From the IMG/VR virus record IMGVR_UViG_3300010362_001190, positions 1 to 25,605 of that record: a stretch of DNA of 25,605 bases. One strand, 5' to 3'. The DNA comes from a virus. Its lineage: Duplodnaviria > Caudoviricetes. This document shows positions 1-7,544 of the stretch, piece by piece. The position numbers were made by a program, and so were the translations under genes. The number at the start of each line of letters is the position of its first letter. Within the stretch, counting starts at the first letter, position 1. Under the pieces are notes generated by a model. That model saw only the letters and a program-made list of their open reading frames with translations. It did not search any database and was not told where the DNA came from.

Positions 1-920
1 AACGGCACCAGGGCGAGAAAATCGGCTGAGCGCGTGATCAGTCCCGGGGCACTGAGCGAAGAGACCCGCACGGTGAGTGAACAGGGTTCATGCTGGGCGC
101 GCAGGGCTTGCAGGGCAGTCAGGACCCAATCAATATCGCCGGTGCCGGGCGGGACATAGATGATGACTTCCTGCTCTGGGGGCGTCGGCCGGGCATAGAG
201 CGTGAGTTTCCCCGGCAGCGGCCGGTCAGCATAACAGGGGGAAAAGCCGGCTTGCTGCAGCAGGCCGGAGAGCGCCCGCAGGCTGAAGTACCACACGTGT
301 TCATCCGGCTTCACATGGGGATTGTCTACCCCTTGGGCTTCCAGGTCCGGGGTATCAATCACCAGCAGGCCGTTCGGCTTGAGCAGCGCACGGGCAAACA
401 GCAGTTCGCGGTTCGGGTCCACACAGTGTTCCAGCACGTCATAGAAGGTCAGCACATCCCATTGCTGCCGGTCACTCGGCTCAAGGTTTTCGAGCCGGGA
501 CACACGCACGGCTGACCGCACGGAGGGGAGTAAGCCTGCACGCGGCAGGCCCGCCGCACTGACATCGAGCCCGTGCGCGTCCCAGCCGGCAGCGCGGGCT
601 TCGGTGACAAGCGCCCCGTTCCCGCAGCCGACGTCTAACAGCCGCCCAGCAGTATGGAAGTGCTGCAGGGCCTGCAGGCGGAGCTGGGCGACCTGGCAAT
701 CATGGTCATAGCGGTCGGCATAAGGGGCAGCATGGCGCCGGCGGCGGCCCGGGGTCTCACTGCGATGGTAGGCCCCAGAGGTATACTGCTGAACATACCT
801 GCCCTGATCATAGTAGGCCGGCCGGCCGCTGTCACAGGTACGGCAGCGCACCAATGAGATTCCGTCACGGGTGCCCCAATAGTCGGCGTGGCTCTGGCCA
901 CAGACACAGGTAGTACGCAT
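1..920 (-). CDS. Class I SAM-dependent methyltransferase fused to a GT9-like glycosyltransferase start (3' truncated by window edge)
   Basis: Translated by hand; not in the ORF track because it has no stop in the window. ATG at 920 overlaps the upstream stop (TGATG). MRTTCVCG..VRCRTC (Cys cluster), RLLDVGCGNG (motif I), AHGLDVS, WDVLTFYDVLEHCVDP, LLKPNGLLVIDTPD, EHVWYFS, then VIIYVPPGTGDIDWVLTALQALR..RSADFLALVP, resembling a GT9 N-terminus. The MTase call is firm; the GT call is weaker. Confidence 0.85.
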   Translation of the reverse strand, partial: MRTTCVCGQSHADYWGTRDGISLVRCRTCDSGRPAYYDQGRYVQQYTSGAYHRSETPGRRRRHAAPYADRYDHDCQVAQLRLQALQHFHTAGRLLDVGCGNGALVTEARAAGWDAHGLDVSAAGLPRAGLLPSVRSAVRVSRLENLEPSDRQQWDVLTFYDVLEHCVDPNRELLFARALLKPNGLLVIDTPDLEAQGVDNPHVKPDEHVWYFSLRALSGLLQQAGFSPCYADRPLPGKLTLYARPTPPEQEVIIYVPPGTGDIDWVLTALQALRAQHEPCSLTVRVSSLSAPGLITRSADFLALVP

Positions 921-1411
921 CAGCGCCCTATACTCGGGTTGCCCTCGTCATGGCGGAAATAGATGGCACTGTAGACCGTACCGGCGACTAGGGGATCTTC
1001 GACACTCGTCAACGGCAAGGAATCACCAGTAAGCCGGATTTCTACAGTCGTGCCGGCAATGGTCTGCCGATCGAGCGTCATCAGGGCTTTTTTCAGGTCA
1101 GCAATCATGCGATTCCCAGCCGTGGCCCGATTGCTCAGTTGCCGGTCAGCGAACCAGAATTCGACCGGGAGCCGCACGCCAGTCACCGTGCCTAAGGGGG
1201 TCAGGAGGCCGACGCCCTGGAGGCCGGCAATATCATCCTCAGCATCCCCCTCGACGATGCTGCACTGCGGATAGACTTGAATATCGAGGGGGTTCACGTG
1301 CGCGCGTTCGACCAGGGCAAAGGTGGTCCAGTAATTGGCCCCAGCCGTGATATTGCGGATCGTGGTCTCGACCTGCTGCATGATCAGTTCCCGCACGCTC
1401 TCCGTCGCCAT
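920..1411 (-). CDS. Putative tail terminator (lambda gpU / Mu gp37-like)
   Basis: 163 aa, acidic, N-terminal helix (SVRELIMQQVETTIRNI), YPQCSIVEG strand; position at the end of the neck module. Confidence 0.6.
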   Translation of the reverse strand: MATESVRELIMQQVETTIRNITAGANYWTTFALVERAHVNPLDIQVYPQCSIVEGDAEDDIAGLQGVGLLTPLGTVTGVRLPVEFWFADRQLSNRATAGNRMIADLKKALMTLDRQTIAGTTVEIRLTGDSLPLTSVEDPLVAGTVYSAIYFRHDEGNPSIGR

Positions 1412-1413
1412 AC

Positions 1414-2046
1414 TCAGCCTTTGGCGGTAATCGCGGCTGCCGCCTGGTCAGCGATGAGCTTCTGCGCATCAGCCAGTAATTTCTGCCGCGGCCCGCTGAC
1501 ATAGTCATGGGGCCCGATGAACACGGAGCGCTTGAGCACGAAATAGGGGACGAGCCCCCGGGTCTTCTTCTTGCCGCGGCCGCGGGTGACGTTGCGCACG
1601 AGGAGGAGATTGCCTTTCTTGCTACGGATGAAAAACAGATCAGAGATCTGCCGCGGCGAGCGGTAGCGCGGCACGCCGGCAGCCGTGCGGGCCGGACCGA
1701 CCGGGATCGCCAGATATTTTCCGCTGGCTTTAATGCGGCCGCCCTTCACCAGGAAATGCCCGTACTTTTGCGCCGGCCCTTTTTTCAGGAGGCCAACCCG
1801 CCCGACTAGAGTCTGGTTATTCAGCACTTTTGGTTGCTCGGCCTGCAGTGAGGCCCGCAAGGCACCGGTGCGGACCTGCAAGACCGGCCCAGACACCAGT
1901 TGTTGCATGTCATTGCGGGTGCGGATCAAGAGTTGATAGAGCGGGCCGCGCAGGGCGAGCTGGCGCACGAGTCCGCCTTGGGCATTGCGGCGCAGGCCGG
2001 CAGCGACCTTGAGCACCTCGTTCAGGTCGATTTTTACGGTTTCCAC
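1414..2046 (-). CDS. Putative neck / tail-completion protein (HK97 gp10-like)
   Basis: 210 aa, very basic, VRTGALRASL motif, KYLAIP and YFVLKRSV segments; lies between adaptor and terminator. Confidence 0.6.
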   Translation of the reverse strand: METVKIDLNEVLKVAAGLRRNAQGGLVRQLALRGPLYQLLIRTRNDMQQLVSGPVLQVRTGALRASLQAEQPKVLNNQTLVGRVGLLKKGPAQKYGHFLVKGGRIKASGKYLAIPVGPARTAAGVPRYRSPRQISDLFFIRSKKGNLLLVRNVTRGRGKKKTRGLVPYFVLKRSVFIGPHDYVSGPRQKLLADAQKLIADQAAAAITAKG

Positions 2047-2498
2047 GGCGGGGCCTCCGACGGCGGAATGTCTTGCGTCGAGGTAAATTGCCGGCGAAAG
2101 AACACCGCTTGCACGTGGTCACTGTTCTCGACCCGTGCTAGTTTATCACTCACAGAGATGCCACCGGCATAAACGCCGACCGTAGCGAGCACCGCAGCCC
2201 CACTGCCTGACCCCGCTCCCCCTTGCTGACTGAGTTGATCCCCGAGATCCATGTAGGCGCGGTAAATCTCATCTGCGCCAATGCTCGAGGCTGCCACACT
2301 TTGTGAGACTCGGTGTGCATACTTGGCGGCAATGGCATAGGCACACTGGGCCGCGACCAGAAACAGATTGGTGCTCTGGGCCTGATAGCCCTGGATCTCC
2401 TCATTTTGCAACATCGCTACCGTCTGGTCGGTATCGCCGATCAGGGAGCGGATGCGGTCAGTATCTGAGGCCCAGGGAATAGTATAGGTCCAGGTCAT
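2034..2498 (-). CDS. Head-to-tail adaptor
   Basis: 154 aa with DRIRSLIGDTD..LQNEEI..AAQCAYAIAAKYA pattern typical of adaptors; just downstream of the capsid gene. Confidence 0.7.
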   Translation of the reverse strand: MTWTYTIPWASDTDRIRSLIGDTDQTVAMLQNEEIQGYQAQSTNLFLVAAQCAYAIAAKYAHRVSQSVAASSIGADEIYRAYMDLGDQLSQQGGAGSGSGAAVLATVGVYAGGISVSDKLARVENSDHVQAVFFRRQFTSTQDIPPSEAPPWKP

Positions 2499-2704
2499 TT
2501 GTCCCCCGGCTTCCCCCGCACTTTGGGGGTGAGGTCATCAAGGTCAATGACCTCTTTGAGATAGCGGCGGCGGATGAGGCTCTCGACGTTCTGCGGCCGC
2601 CAGTGGGTGACATCAGTCACCTGGCCGGTTTCAAGCGGGCGGCCGTGCTCACCGGCAAACGGCCGTAGGACCCGTGCTTTCATAGATATCTCACTGTTTG
2701 TCAT
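2495..2704 (-). CDS. Small post-capsid protein (possible gpFI-like packaging chaperone)
   Basis: ATGA overlaps with both neighbours; ARVLRPF..GQV..LIRRRYL pattern seen in small genes after capsid genes. Confidence 0.55.
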   Translation of the reverse strand: MTNSEISMKARVLRPFAGEHGRPLETGQVTDVTHWRPQNVESLIRRRYLKEVIDLDDLTPKVRGKPGDK

Positions 2705-3654
2705 GTCACTGCATTCGGCATAAAATAGCCGAGCGGGCGGCTGACGACTTTGTTATCCCAGGCGGCTTCAATTTCCACGCGATCGACTCTGAGGTGATCG
2801 AGGCGAAAGCTTGACACGCCAACATCAGCACCGAGACCGCCACTAATGCCGGTCCACATAAAGGTGTACCCAGCGGACGGCATCTCCAGGGCAGGAGCTG
2901 GCGCGGCATAACACAGCAGGGCATGCTTGCCCATGATAAAGTCATAGGCTGGAGTTGCGGCCCCCTCACGCGTCGTCGACTTGATCCCCTGACAGATATA
3001 GACATTGTCAATGTTGAGGATGCGAGCGAGCAGGGCCGGGGTGGTGATCTTATCGTCGGTGATCTTCATACGATCAGTGATATCTGGGTGATCCTGGAGT
3101 TTGTTCCACACGTCGAAGCCCAGCACTAAGGAGTTAGCCATAAAGCCGGTGTTCGCGAGTATCGTGCGGATGCCGGTGCGGATATCAAGGATCGGGTCAC
3201 TGCTGGCAAAGGTATCCCACTTGTTACTGATCGTGGCATCTGTGGCCCAGACGCCGGTGGCAAAATAGTCGGTCTGCCACTGAATCTCTAGTTTCATCAG
3301 GGCCATTTGCGTGAGCCACTGCGTGGCATTGCGGTCGGGATTCAGCGGCAGGTCGGCCGATTCCCGGATCTGGTCCGGGATGTCTTTGTGCAAGGCATAG
3401 ACATCGCAGGAATAGTTATCAGTTGAGAGCGTATAGCCGGAGCCCGCGGATTCAGTTGCCGGCGGCCGCCGCTCCATAGCATCCAGGAACCAGTTGTTCT
3501 GGTCAAAGACGAAGTAGCGGTTGCTCGGCTTGTCGACCGGGATCACGGGAAAGACGCGTGACGCCACGAAGGCGGTCTGGGCTTGGCGGTACGCAATCGA
3601 GATATTGGTGAGAATCGCATCAATATGGACCTGGGCGCGGGTTGGCTGTGGCAT
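2701..3654 (-). CDS. Major capsid protein (lambda gpE-like family)
   Basis: 317 aa; VHIDAILTNISIAY, ASRVFPVIPV, SDPILDI, PSAGYTF motifs; GGGAG RBS; follows the decoration gene. Confidence 0.9.
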   Translation of the reverse strand: MPQPTRAQVHIDAILTNISIAYRQAQTAFVASRVFPVIPVDKPSNRYFVFDQNNWFLDAMERRPPATESAGSGYTLSTDNYSCDVYALHKDIPDQIRESADLPLNPDRNATQWLTQMALMKLEIQWQTDYFATGVWATDATISNKWDTFASSDPILDIRTGIRTILANTGFMANSLVLGFDVWNKLQDHPDITDRMKITDDKITTPALLARILNIDNVYICQGIKSTTREGAATPAYDFIMGKHALLCYAAPAPALEMPSAGYTFMWTGISGGLGADVGVSSFRLDHLRVDRVEIEAAWDNKVVSRPLGYFMPNAVT

Positions 3655-3667
3655 CAGGCTCTCCCAC

Positions 3668-3777
3668 GACAGCCTGCTCTCGGGCGGTTAGCTCTGTGAC
3701 AAAAACTCGCAGGGGGGGTAGAGCAACCCCCCGATTTGGGCGCGACCCTAGCGAGTATCCGCACATGCGGACAGCCT
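3668..3777. repeat. Structured intergenic element flanked by 8-bp direct repeats (GACAGCCT)
   Basis: GACAGCCT at 3668-3675 and 3770-3777; internal stems ACTCGC/GCGAGT, G-run/C-run hairpin and TCCGCA/TGCGGA. Confidence 0.6.
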
Positions 3778-4169
3778 TAGACGCCGCGGCCAGCGCCGGG
3801 GCAATCAATAATCACGGTCGCCAGCTCGCCAGCAGCCCCAGCTCCGGAGATGACATCGCCGACGATATATTTGGTGGTATCGGTACCGGGCACGTACACG
3901 GCGGCTTGGCCATCGACCGAGGTGCCGATCTGGTTGCCGGCGACGAGGGCGGCATCGGCCGAGATTTTCGTTTGCCCAAACGAGCAGACTTCCGCCTCTT
4001 GTCCGAGCGGCGGGGCATTTTGCAAGACGCCACAGGGTTTATCGGTGACAGCGGCACAGACAGTCACAGTCTTGTCCCCAGAGATCTTGACGAGATAAAA
4101 TTGTTTGGTGCTCAGGTCGGCGGAGGCCGTGAGCCCGGTCAGTCGCAGTTGTGCTCCTTCAAAAGCCAT
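3777..4169 (-). CDS. Capsid decoration/cement protein (DUF2190-like)
   Basis: 130 aa; ASADLSTKQFYLVK, GVLQNAP, GQTKI, GAAGELATV pattern; between scaffold and capsid genes. Confidence 0.8.
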   Translation of the reverse strand: MAFEGAQLRLTGLTASADLSTKQFYLVKISGDKTVTVCAAVTDKPCGVLQNAPPLGQEAEVCSFGQTKISADAALVAGNQIGTSVDGQAAVYVPGTDTTKYIVGDVISGAGAAGELATVIIDCPGAGRGV

Positions 4170-4184
4170 AGTATCACCTCACTC

Positions 4185-5468
4185 TTAGTGCGCTTGCCGG
4201 CGTTGTTCCTGGCGGTGTTCCTGCACGAGCTCTGGATAGCGGTCGGCGACCGTGCTCATCGCCTGCTGGAACGTCGGGGATTCGCCTTTCACCACCATGT
4301 CCTGAGCCAGCGCAGAGAGCCTGCCATAGGCGCTGCCCGGTTCCGGGGTCGGGGTGGTGCGGCCGAACTCGCTAAACAATTTGCCTTGCCGCGCCATTTC
4401 TTCTGCCGCCTTCAAGAGATGCACGAGTTTCTCCACCTGCTCAGGCACCAGCGGCTGCCCGCTATAGAGGGCCTTGAGCACGGTCCCTTTGTCCTGGGCT
4501 GTGCCAGGGAGAGAAGCCAGCTCACGCTCTGCACGCTTAGTGAATTCCTGCAGCTCACGGGCGTCTTTCTCAATCCGGGCTTGCTCCTTTGCTTCGGCGG
4601 CTTCGCGTTTGGCCACTTCCGTCTCGCTCAGGGTTTTTTGCAGCAGCTCACGCAACGGCTCCGGGAGCGATTTCATCAGGTCATCAGGGGTCGGCGCGGG
4701 CGGTTGCCCGGGTGTCTGCGGGGGTGTCGCGTCAGCCATAGGTTCTCCTTTGTCAGCATCCGGCGGTTCCGGGGGTTCTTGCTCGTGAATAATGGTGGCA
4801 ATGAGGGCTTGCACAGCTTTGAGATTAGCCAGCCGGGTCGCGGAAATTTTCGCCCCGGACTTTTGCATCGTCGTAGAAAAACACTCTTTGACAGCCGCGC
4901 TAAATTCTTCGAGCGACTGCTGCACGAGGGCAGCCTTGTCTGCCTGCGGGTCCGCGAGAATCGACTGCAAGGAATGTTGCAAGGTAGCGTAGTAGGAGAG
5001 AAACTCTTGCAGGGTCTCTTGCACATCACGCTCACGTTGCAGTGCATCAAAGGTCTCAGCCGTCACCGGCTCCTCGCTGTCGGCCTCCATCTGTTTGCGC
5101 ACCTCATGCACTTCTTGTGAGGTCCAGCCGAGTTTTTTCCCCAGGGCTGAGAGCAGGGCAGACCAGGCCGATTTCCCATAGTCCCCGACTCCGGCACTGC
5201 GGGCAGCAGCTTCTAACTTGCGCTGCGCTTTGGCTTTGGCCTCAGCCGAGAGAGAAGACTGGGGGAGTCTGGCTAAGGCATTCCGTAAATGGGGGAGATC
5301 GACCTTCCCACTGGCATCTTTGTAGGGCAGATGCCGCAGACTGCGAGGTGTGGTCTTATTTTCTGCATCCTTTGATCCGCCGTCCTCTATAAATGCAAAG
5401 CTCCCGTCTGGAAGTGAGTTGATATACGCCGCAGTCCATTGGGCAAGTTGTATCACTTCTTGTGTCAT
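4185..5468 (-). CDS. Scaffold-type head protein with N-terminal DUF6582-like domain (start revised from 5597 to ATG 5468)
   Basis: WTAAYINSLPDGSFA..PRSLRHLP..VDLPHLRNALARL domain, KSGAKIS linker, Pro-rich hinge, coiled-coil C-terminus. The 43 codons upstream of 5468 overlap the HNH start and an AT-rich promoter region. Confidence 0.75.
   Translation of the reverse strand: MTQEVIQLAQWTAAYINSLPDGSFAFIEDGGSKDAENKTTPRSLRHLPYKDASGKVDLPHLRNALARLPQSSLSAEAKAKAQRKLEAAARSAGVGDYGKSAWSALLSALGKKLGWTSQEVHEVRKQMEADSEEPVTAETFDALQRERDVQETLQEFLSYYATLQHSLQSILADPQADKAALVQQSLEEFSAAVKECFSTTMQKSGAKISATRLANLKAVQALIATIIHEQEPPEPPDADKGEPMADATPPQTPGQPPAPTPDDLMKSLPEPLRELLQKTLSETEVAKREAAEAKEQARIEKDARELQEFTKRAERELASLPGTAQDKGTVLKALYSGQPLVPEQVEKLVHLLKAAEEMARQGKLFSEFGRTTPTPEPGSAYGRLSALAQDMVVKGESPTFQQAMSTVADRYPELVQEHRQEQRRQAH
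4737..4751 (-). promoter_or_regulatory. Internal in-frame RBS and start for a 184-aa nested scaffold protein
   Basis: AAAGGAGAACCT-ATG at 4739, in frame, starting MADATPPQTPGQ just before the coiled coil. Confidence 0.65.
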
Positions 5469-5504
5469 ACTACTTGACTTACCTTTCCCTTCATTTGCTC
5501 TTGT

Positions 5505-5535
5505 GCTAGGATAAGGCAGTAAAAAGGATACACAA
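5505..5535 (-). promoter_or_regulatory. Putative promoter for scaffold-capsid genes
   Basis: TTGTGT-16-TATCCT-AGC about 35 nt upstream of ATG 5468; overlaps a plus-strand extended -10 (TGCTAGGAT) upstream of the HNH gene. Confidence 0.45.
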
Positions 5536-5539
5536 AAAG

Positions 5540-6199
5540 ATGAAGGTTCAATGTGAGCAGTGTCACAAGAAGCTGTCGTTGCCGCCCTCGCGCGCACGAG
5601 AATTCCGTTTCTGTTCGCGTGCCTGTGTCCACGCAGCCAAAACTAGTCAGAAATCGTGTGAAATATGTGGCACGATCATGCGCGGCTATCGGTGCGATAT
5701 CGCGAGCAAACGATTCTGTTCTAACCGCTGCAAGCGCACCTGGCAAAAAAGGAATCCAGCGATATGGCGGACGCGCACGGCGAAGACGCGAGTGCAAAAA
5801 ATCTGCCCAACTTGTCACACGGTCTTTACCTCCTGGCGTGCCAGTGAGCAAACGTATTGTCGTATGTCGTGTGGTGCACAGGCCCGTGCTGCGCGAGGCC
5901 GTGAAAATCCACATCTGTGGCCGCGTTATAAAGGATTGCAAAGTCCTGATAGAACCACGCGACACCGATGGCTGAAAAGACTCTTGGGGGCTGGCTGTAT
6001 GCTGTGTGGATGGAATGAAGCAACGTGCGATGTCGCCCATATCCTGCCCCGTTATAAAAAGGGAGCGGATACGCTGGCCAATGTCTTTATCCTCTGTCCG
6101 AATCATCACCGCTTGTTTGATTCCGGGAAAATAACGGCGGCAGAAATTCGTTACCGGATCTCTCATAAAGCCACTGCCTCCATCGCTGACAGCGCATAA
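5540..6199 (+). CDS. Free-standing HNH endonuclease with three Zn-ribbon repeats
   Basis: Three CxxC..(F/Y)CxxxC units (FCSRAC, FCSNRC, YCRMSC), then CMLCG..DVAHILP..NVFILCPNHHRLFD; AAGGA upstream; antisense to the late operon. Confidence 0.9.
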   Translation: MKVQCEQCHKKLSLPPSRAREFRFCSRACVHAAKTSQKSCEICGTIMRGYRCDIASKRFCSNRCKRTWQKRNPAIWRTRTAKTRVQKICPTCHTVFTSWRASEQTYCRMSCGAQARAARGRENPHLWPRYKGLQSPDRTTRHRWLKRLLGAGCMLCGWNEATCDVAHILPRYKKGADTLANVFILCPNHHRLFDSGKITAAEIRYRISHKATASIADSA

Positions 6200-6405
6200 T
6201 AGATCGCCAGCTTCTCGGTCTCGGGGAGACGGTCAAACTCGTGTGCGCTTTTTAGCAGCAGTGCTTTTTCAATGATCGCAGGCATCTCCTGTAGCTCATC
6301 CTGCGTGTCATCCCGTTTGAACAGGACCACGCGGGCATCGGTATTGGCCGGGAAGTCCACCAGCGAGACCTCATCAATTTCTAGATCTGTGAGTCTATGC
6401 GGCAT
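6163..6405 (-). CDS. 80-aa protein carrying the EVSLVDxPAN protease-associated motif; probable N-terminal fragment of the scaffold gene
   Basis: RLTDLEIDEVSLVDFPANTDARVVLFKR; overlaps the protease stop; followed by the HNH insertion. Confidence 0.75.
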   Translation of the reverse strand: MPHRLTDLEIDEVSLVDFPANTDARVVLFKRDDTQDELQEMPAIIEKALLLKSAHEFDRLPETEKLAIYYALSAMEAVAL

Positions 6406-6976
6406 AGGCTAACCTGCGGCCATGCCCGCCAATGGAAAAACTCTTGTAGGTGCCGTCCTTCACTTTTTGCCACACCGCGTCATCGTGCACCTTGACCTCG
6501 ATCCACCAGCCGACCGGTATCTGCCCGGGCACAATGCCGAGGGCCTGCTGTTTGTCTGGGGTGAAGACTATTGAGCCGACCACCTCGCCGATCGGCTGGC
6601 CCTGATGCATCTCTTTGACAAAGCGAGAGGAGGCCGAGACAAAGCGATGGGCGGTCTTGTCGAGTTCTTCGCCGTCGATGCTGTCGCCTTGCAGGTCAAT
6701 GATGCTGTCACCAGCTGTATCCTCAGCCACAGAGGCATAGCCCATGACGATGTGCTGATCCTCGTTGAGCTTGGCAATCATCAGCCGGCACTCCCAGGCC
6801 GTTTTACTGACGACGCTATTGGCTTGGCGGATGGCGCGGCCCTCACAGTTGCTGCGCTCCCCGCCTGAGTCTAAGCAGCGCTGCAGGGCACTGTTGGCGA
6901 CATGGGCCCACTGACGTTTTTGCTTGTCTGTGAGACCAGAGGAGTGACGGTCGGCATCGGCAGCAGTCCAGGGCAT
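6395..6976 (-). CDS. XkdF-like prohead serine protease with ChaB-like N-terminal domain
   Basis: IVMGYASV, IIDLQGD, KEMHQG, GWWIEVKVHDDAVWQKVKDGTYKSFSIGGHG; N-terminal MPWT..QKRQWAHVAN..AIRQAN; GGGAG RBS. Confidence 0.85.
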   Translation of the reverse strand: MPWTAADADRHSSGLTDKQKRQWAHVANSALQRCLDSGGERSNCEGRAIRQANSVVSKTAWECRLMIAKLNEDQHIVMGYASVAEDTAGDSIIDLQGDSIDGEELDKTAHRFVSASSRFVKEMHQGQPIGEVVGSIVFTPDKQQALGIVPGQIPVGWWIEVKVHDDAVWQKVKDGTYKSFSIGGHGRRLAYAA

Positions 6977-6985
6977 TTTTACTCC

Positions 6986-7174
6986 CTATGGCTGCTGTGC
7001 TGGGTCAGGCGGCGGCGCCGGTGGGGCAAGCGGGTCAAACGTCTCACCCTCGGCTAACACAATGCCGGCGGTGCCGAGCAGGAGCACGCGCGCCTCCTCC
7101 TCGCTGACCTCGAACTCACCTGGTCCATGAAAATCCTTAAAGGCGGTGTCAAACGGGATCACAACTTTCGGCAT
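6986..7174 (-). CDS. 62-aa hypothetical protein, paralog of the C-terminus of 7541-8527
   Basis: GAGG RBS; 17 of 35 ungapped identities with the end of the 328-aa protein (shared HGPG and ARxLLLG). Confidence 0.75.
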   Translation of the reverse strand: MPKVVIPFDTAFKDFHGPGEFEVSEEEARVLLLGTAGIVLAEGETFDPLAPPAPPPDPAQQP

Positions 7175-7214
7175 AGGTGCCTCAGCCGCGGCCCCGGTGA
7201 CCTGTCACCAGCAC

Positions 7215-7248
7215 AAAAAAAACGCCGCAGGGGAATCCCCCTGCGGCG
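7215..7248 (-). terminator. Intrinsic terminator
   Basis: CGCCGCAGGGG-GATT-CCCCTGCGGCG, an 11-bp perfect stem followed by 8 T on the minus strand. Confidence 0.9.
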
Positions 7249-7285
7249 CTCAGATTGCGAGTGTAGCCGCGGACGAAAATTTTTC

Positions 7286-7318
7286 GCTATTTTAGAGAGT
7301 GAGAAGCGGTTTTGTCAA
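7286..7318 (-). promoter_or_regulatory. Near-consensus sigma70 promoter
   Basis: TTGACA (7318-7313), 18-nt spacer, TAAAAT (7294-7289), then AGC; in an intergenic gap. Confidence 0.8.
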
Positions 7319-7325
7319 GTTGCAG

Positions 7326-7544
7326 CTACCGGTCACGGCCCGAGCTACCGGGGAAAATTTTATAGTGCGCGGTGAACACCGGCCGGTCAAAAACCCGCAG
7401 GTCTACCTCACGCTCAGCAAAAGAGAGTTGCACGGTCCCGACGCCGCGTTTCCAGATCCCGTCTTGTTTCTCGATGAGCAGGGAAATCATAGTCGCAACC
7501 ACCGGATGGACGGCGACAGACTGGCCGTTGATAGAGAACGTCAT
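7326..7544 (-). CDS. Small hypothetical protein (weak DUF2292-like pattern)
   Basis: ATG 7544 overlaps the upstream stop (ATGA); helix followed by GVGTVQLSF..VDLRV strands; ends immediately before the promoter. Confidence 0.55.
   Translation of the reverse strand: MTFSINGQSVAVHPVVATMISLLIEKQDGIWKRGVGTVQLSFAEREVDLRVFDRPVFTAHYKIFPGSSGRDR

Noticed and set aside
90-907. Several short ORFs listed in the track
   Set aside because: All are shadows of the minus-strand methyltransferase frame starting at 920.
3655-3776. Hammerhead ribozyme or tRNA
   Set aside because: No CUGANGA/GAAA core and no cloverleaf or T-loop signature.
3642-5120. 492-aa plus-strand ORF
   Set aside because: Antisense shadow of the decoration and scaffold genes; Arg/Leu/Gly-rich with no motifs, as expected in high-GC DNA.
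5465-6166. 233-aa minus-strand ORF bridging the two scaffold pieces with ATGA overlaps at both ends
   Set aside because: Entirely antisense to the motif-rich HNH and has no recognisable features, so not called a gene. A role in carrying ribosomes across the insertion cannot be excluded.
5469-6260. Group I intron or intein around the HNH
   Set aside because: The ORF is antisense, the non-coding flank is only about 70 nt with no recognisable intron core, and there are no intein terminal motifs.
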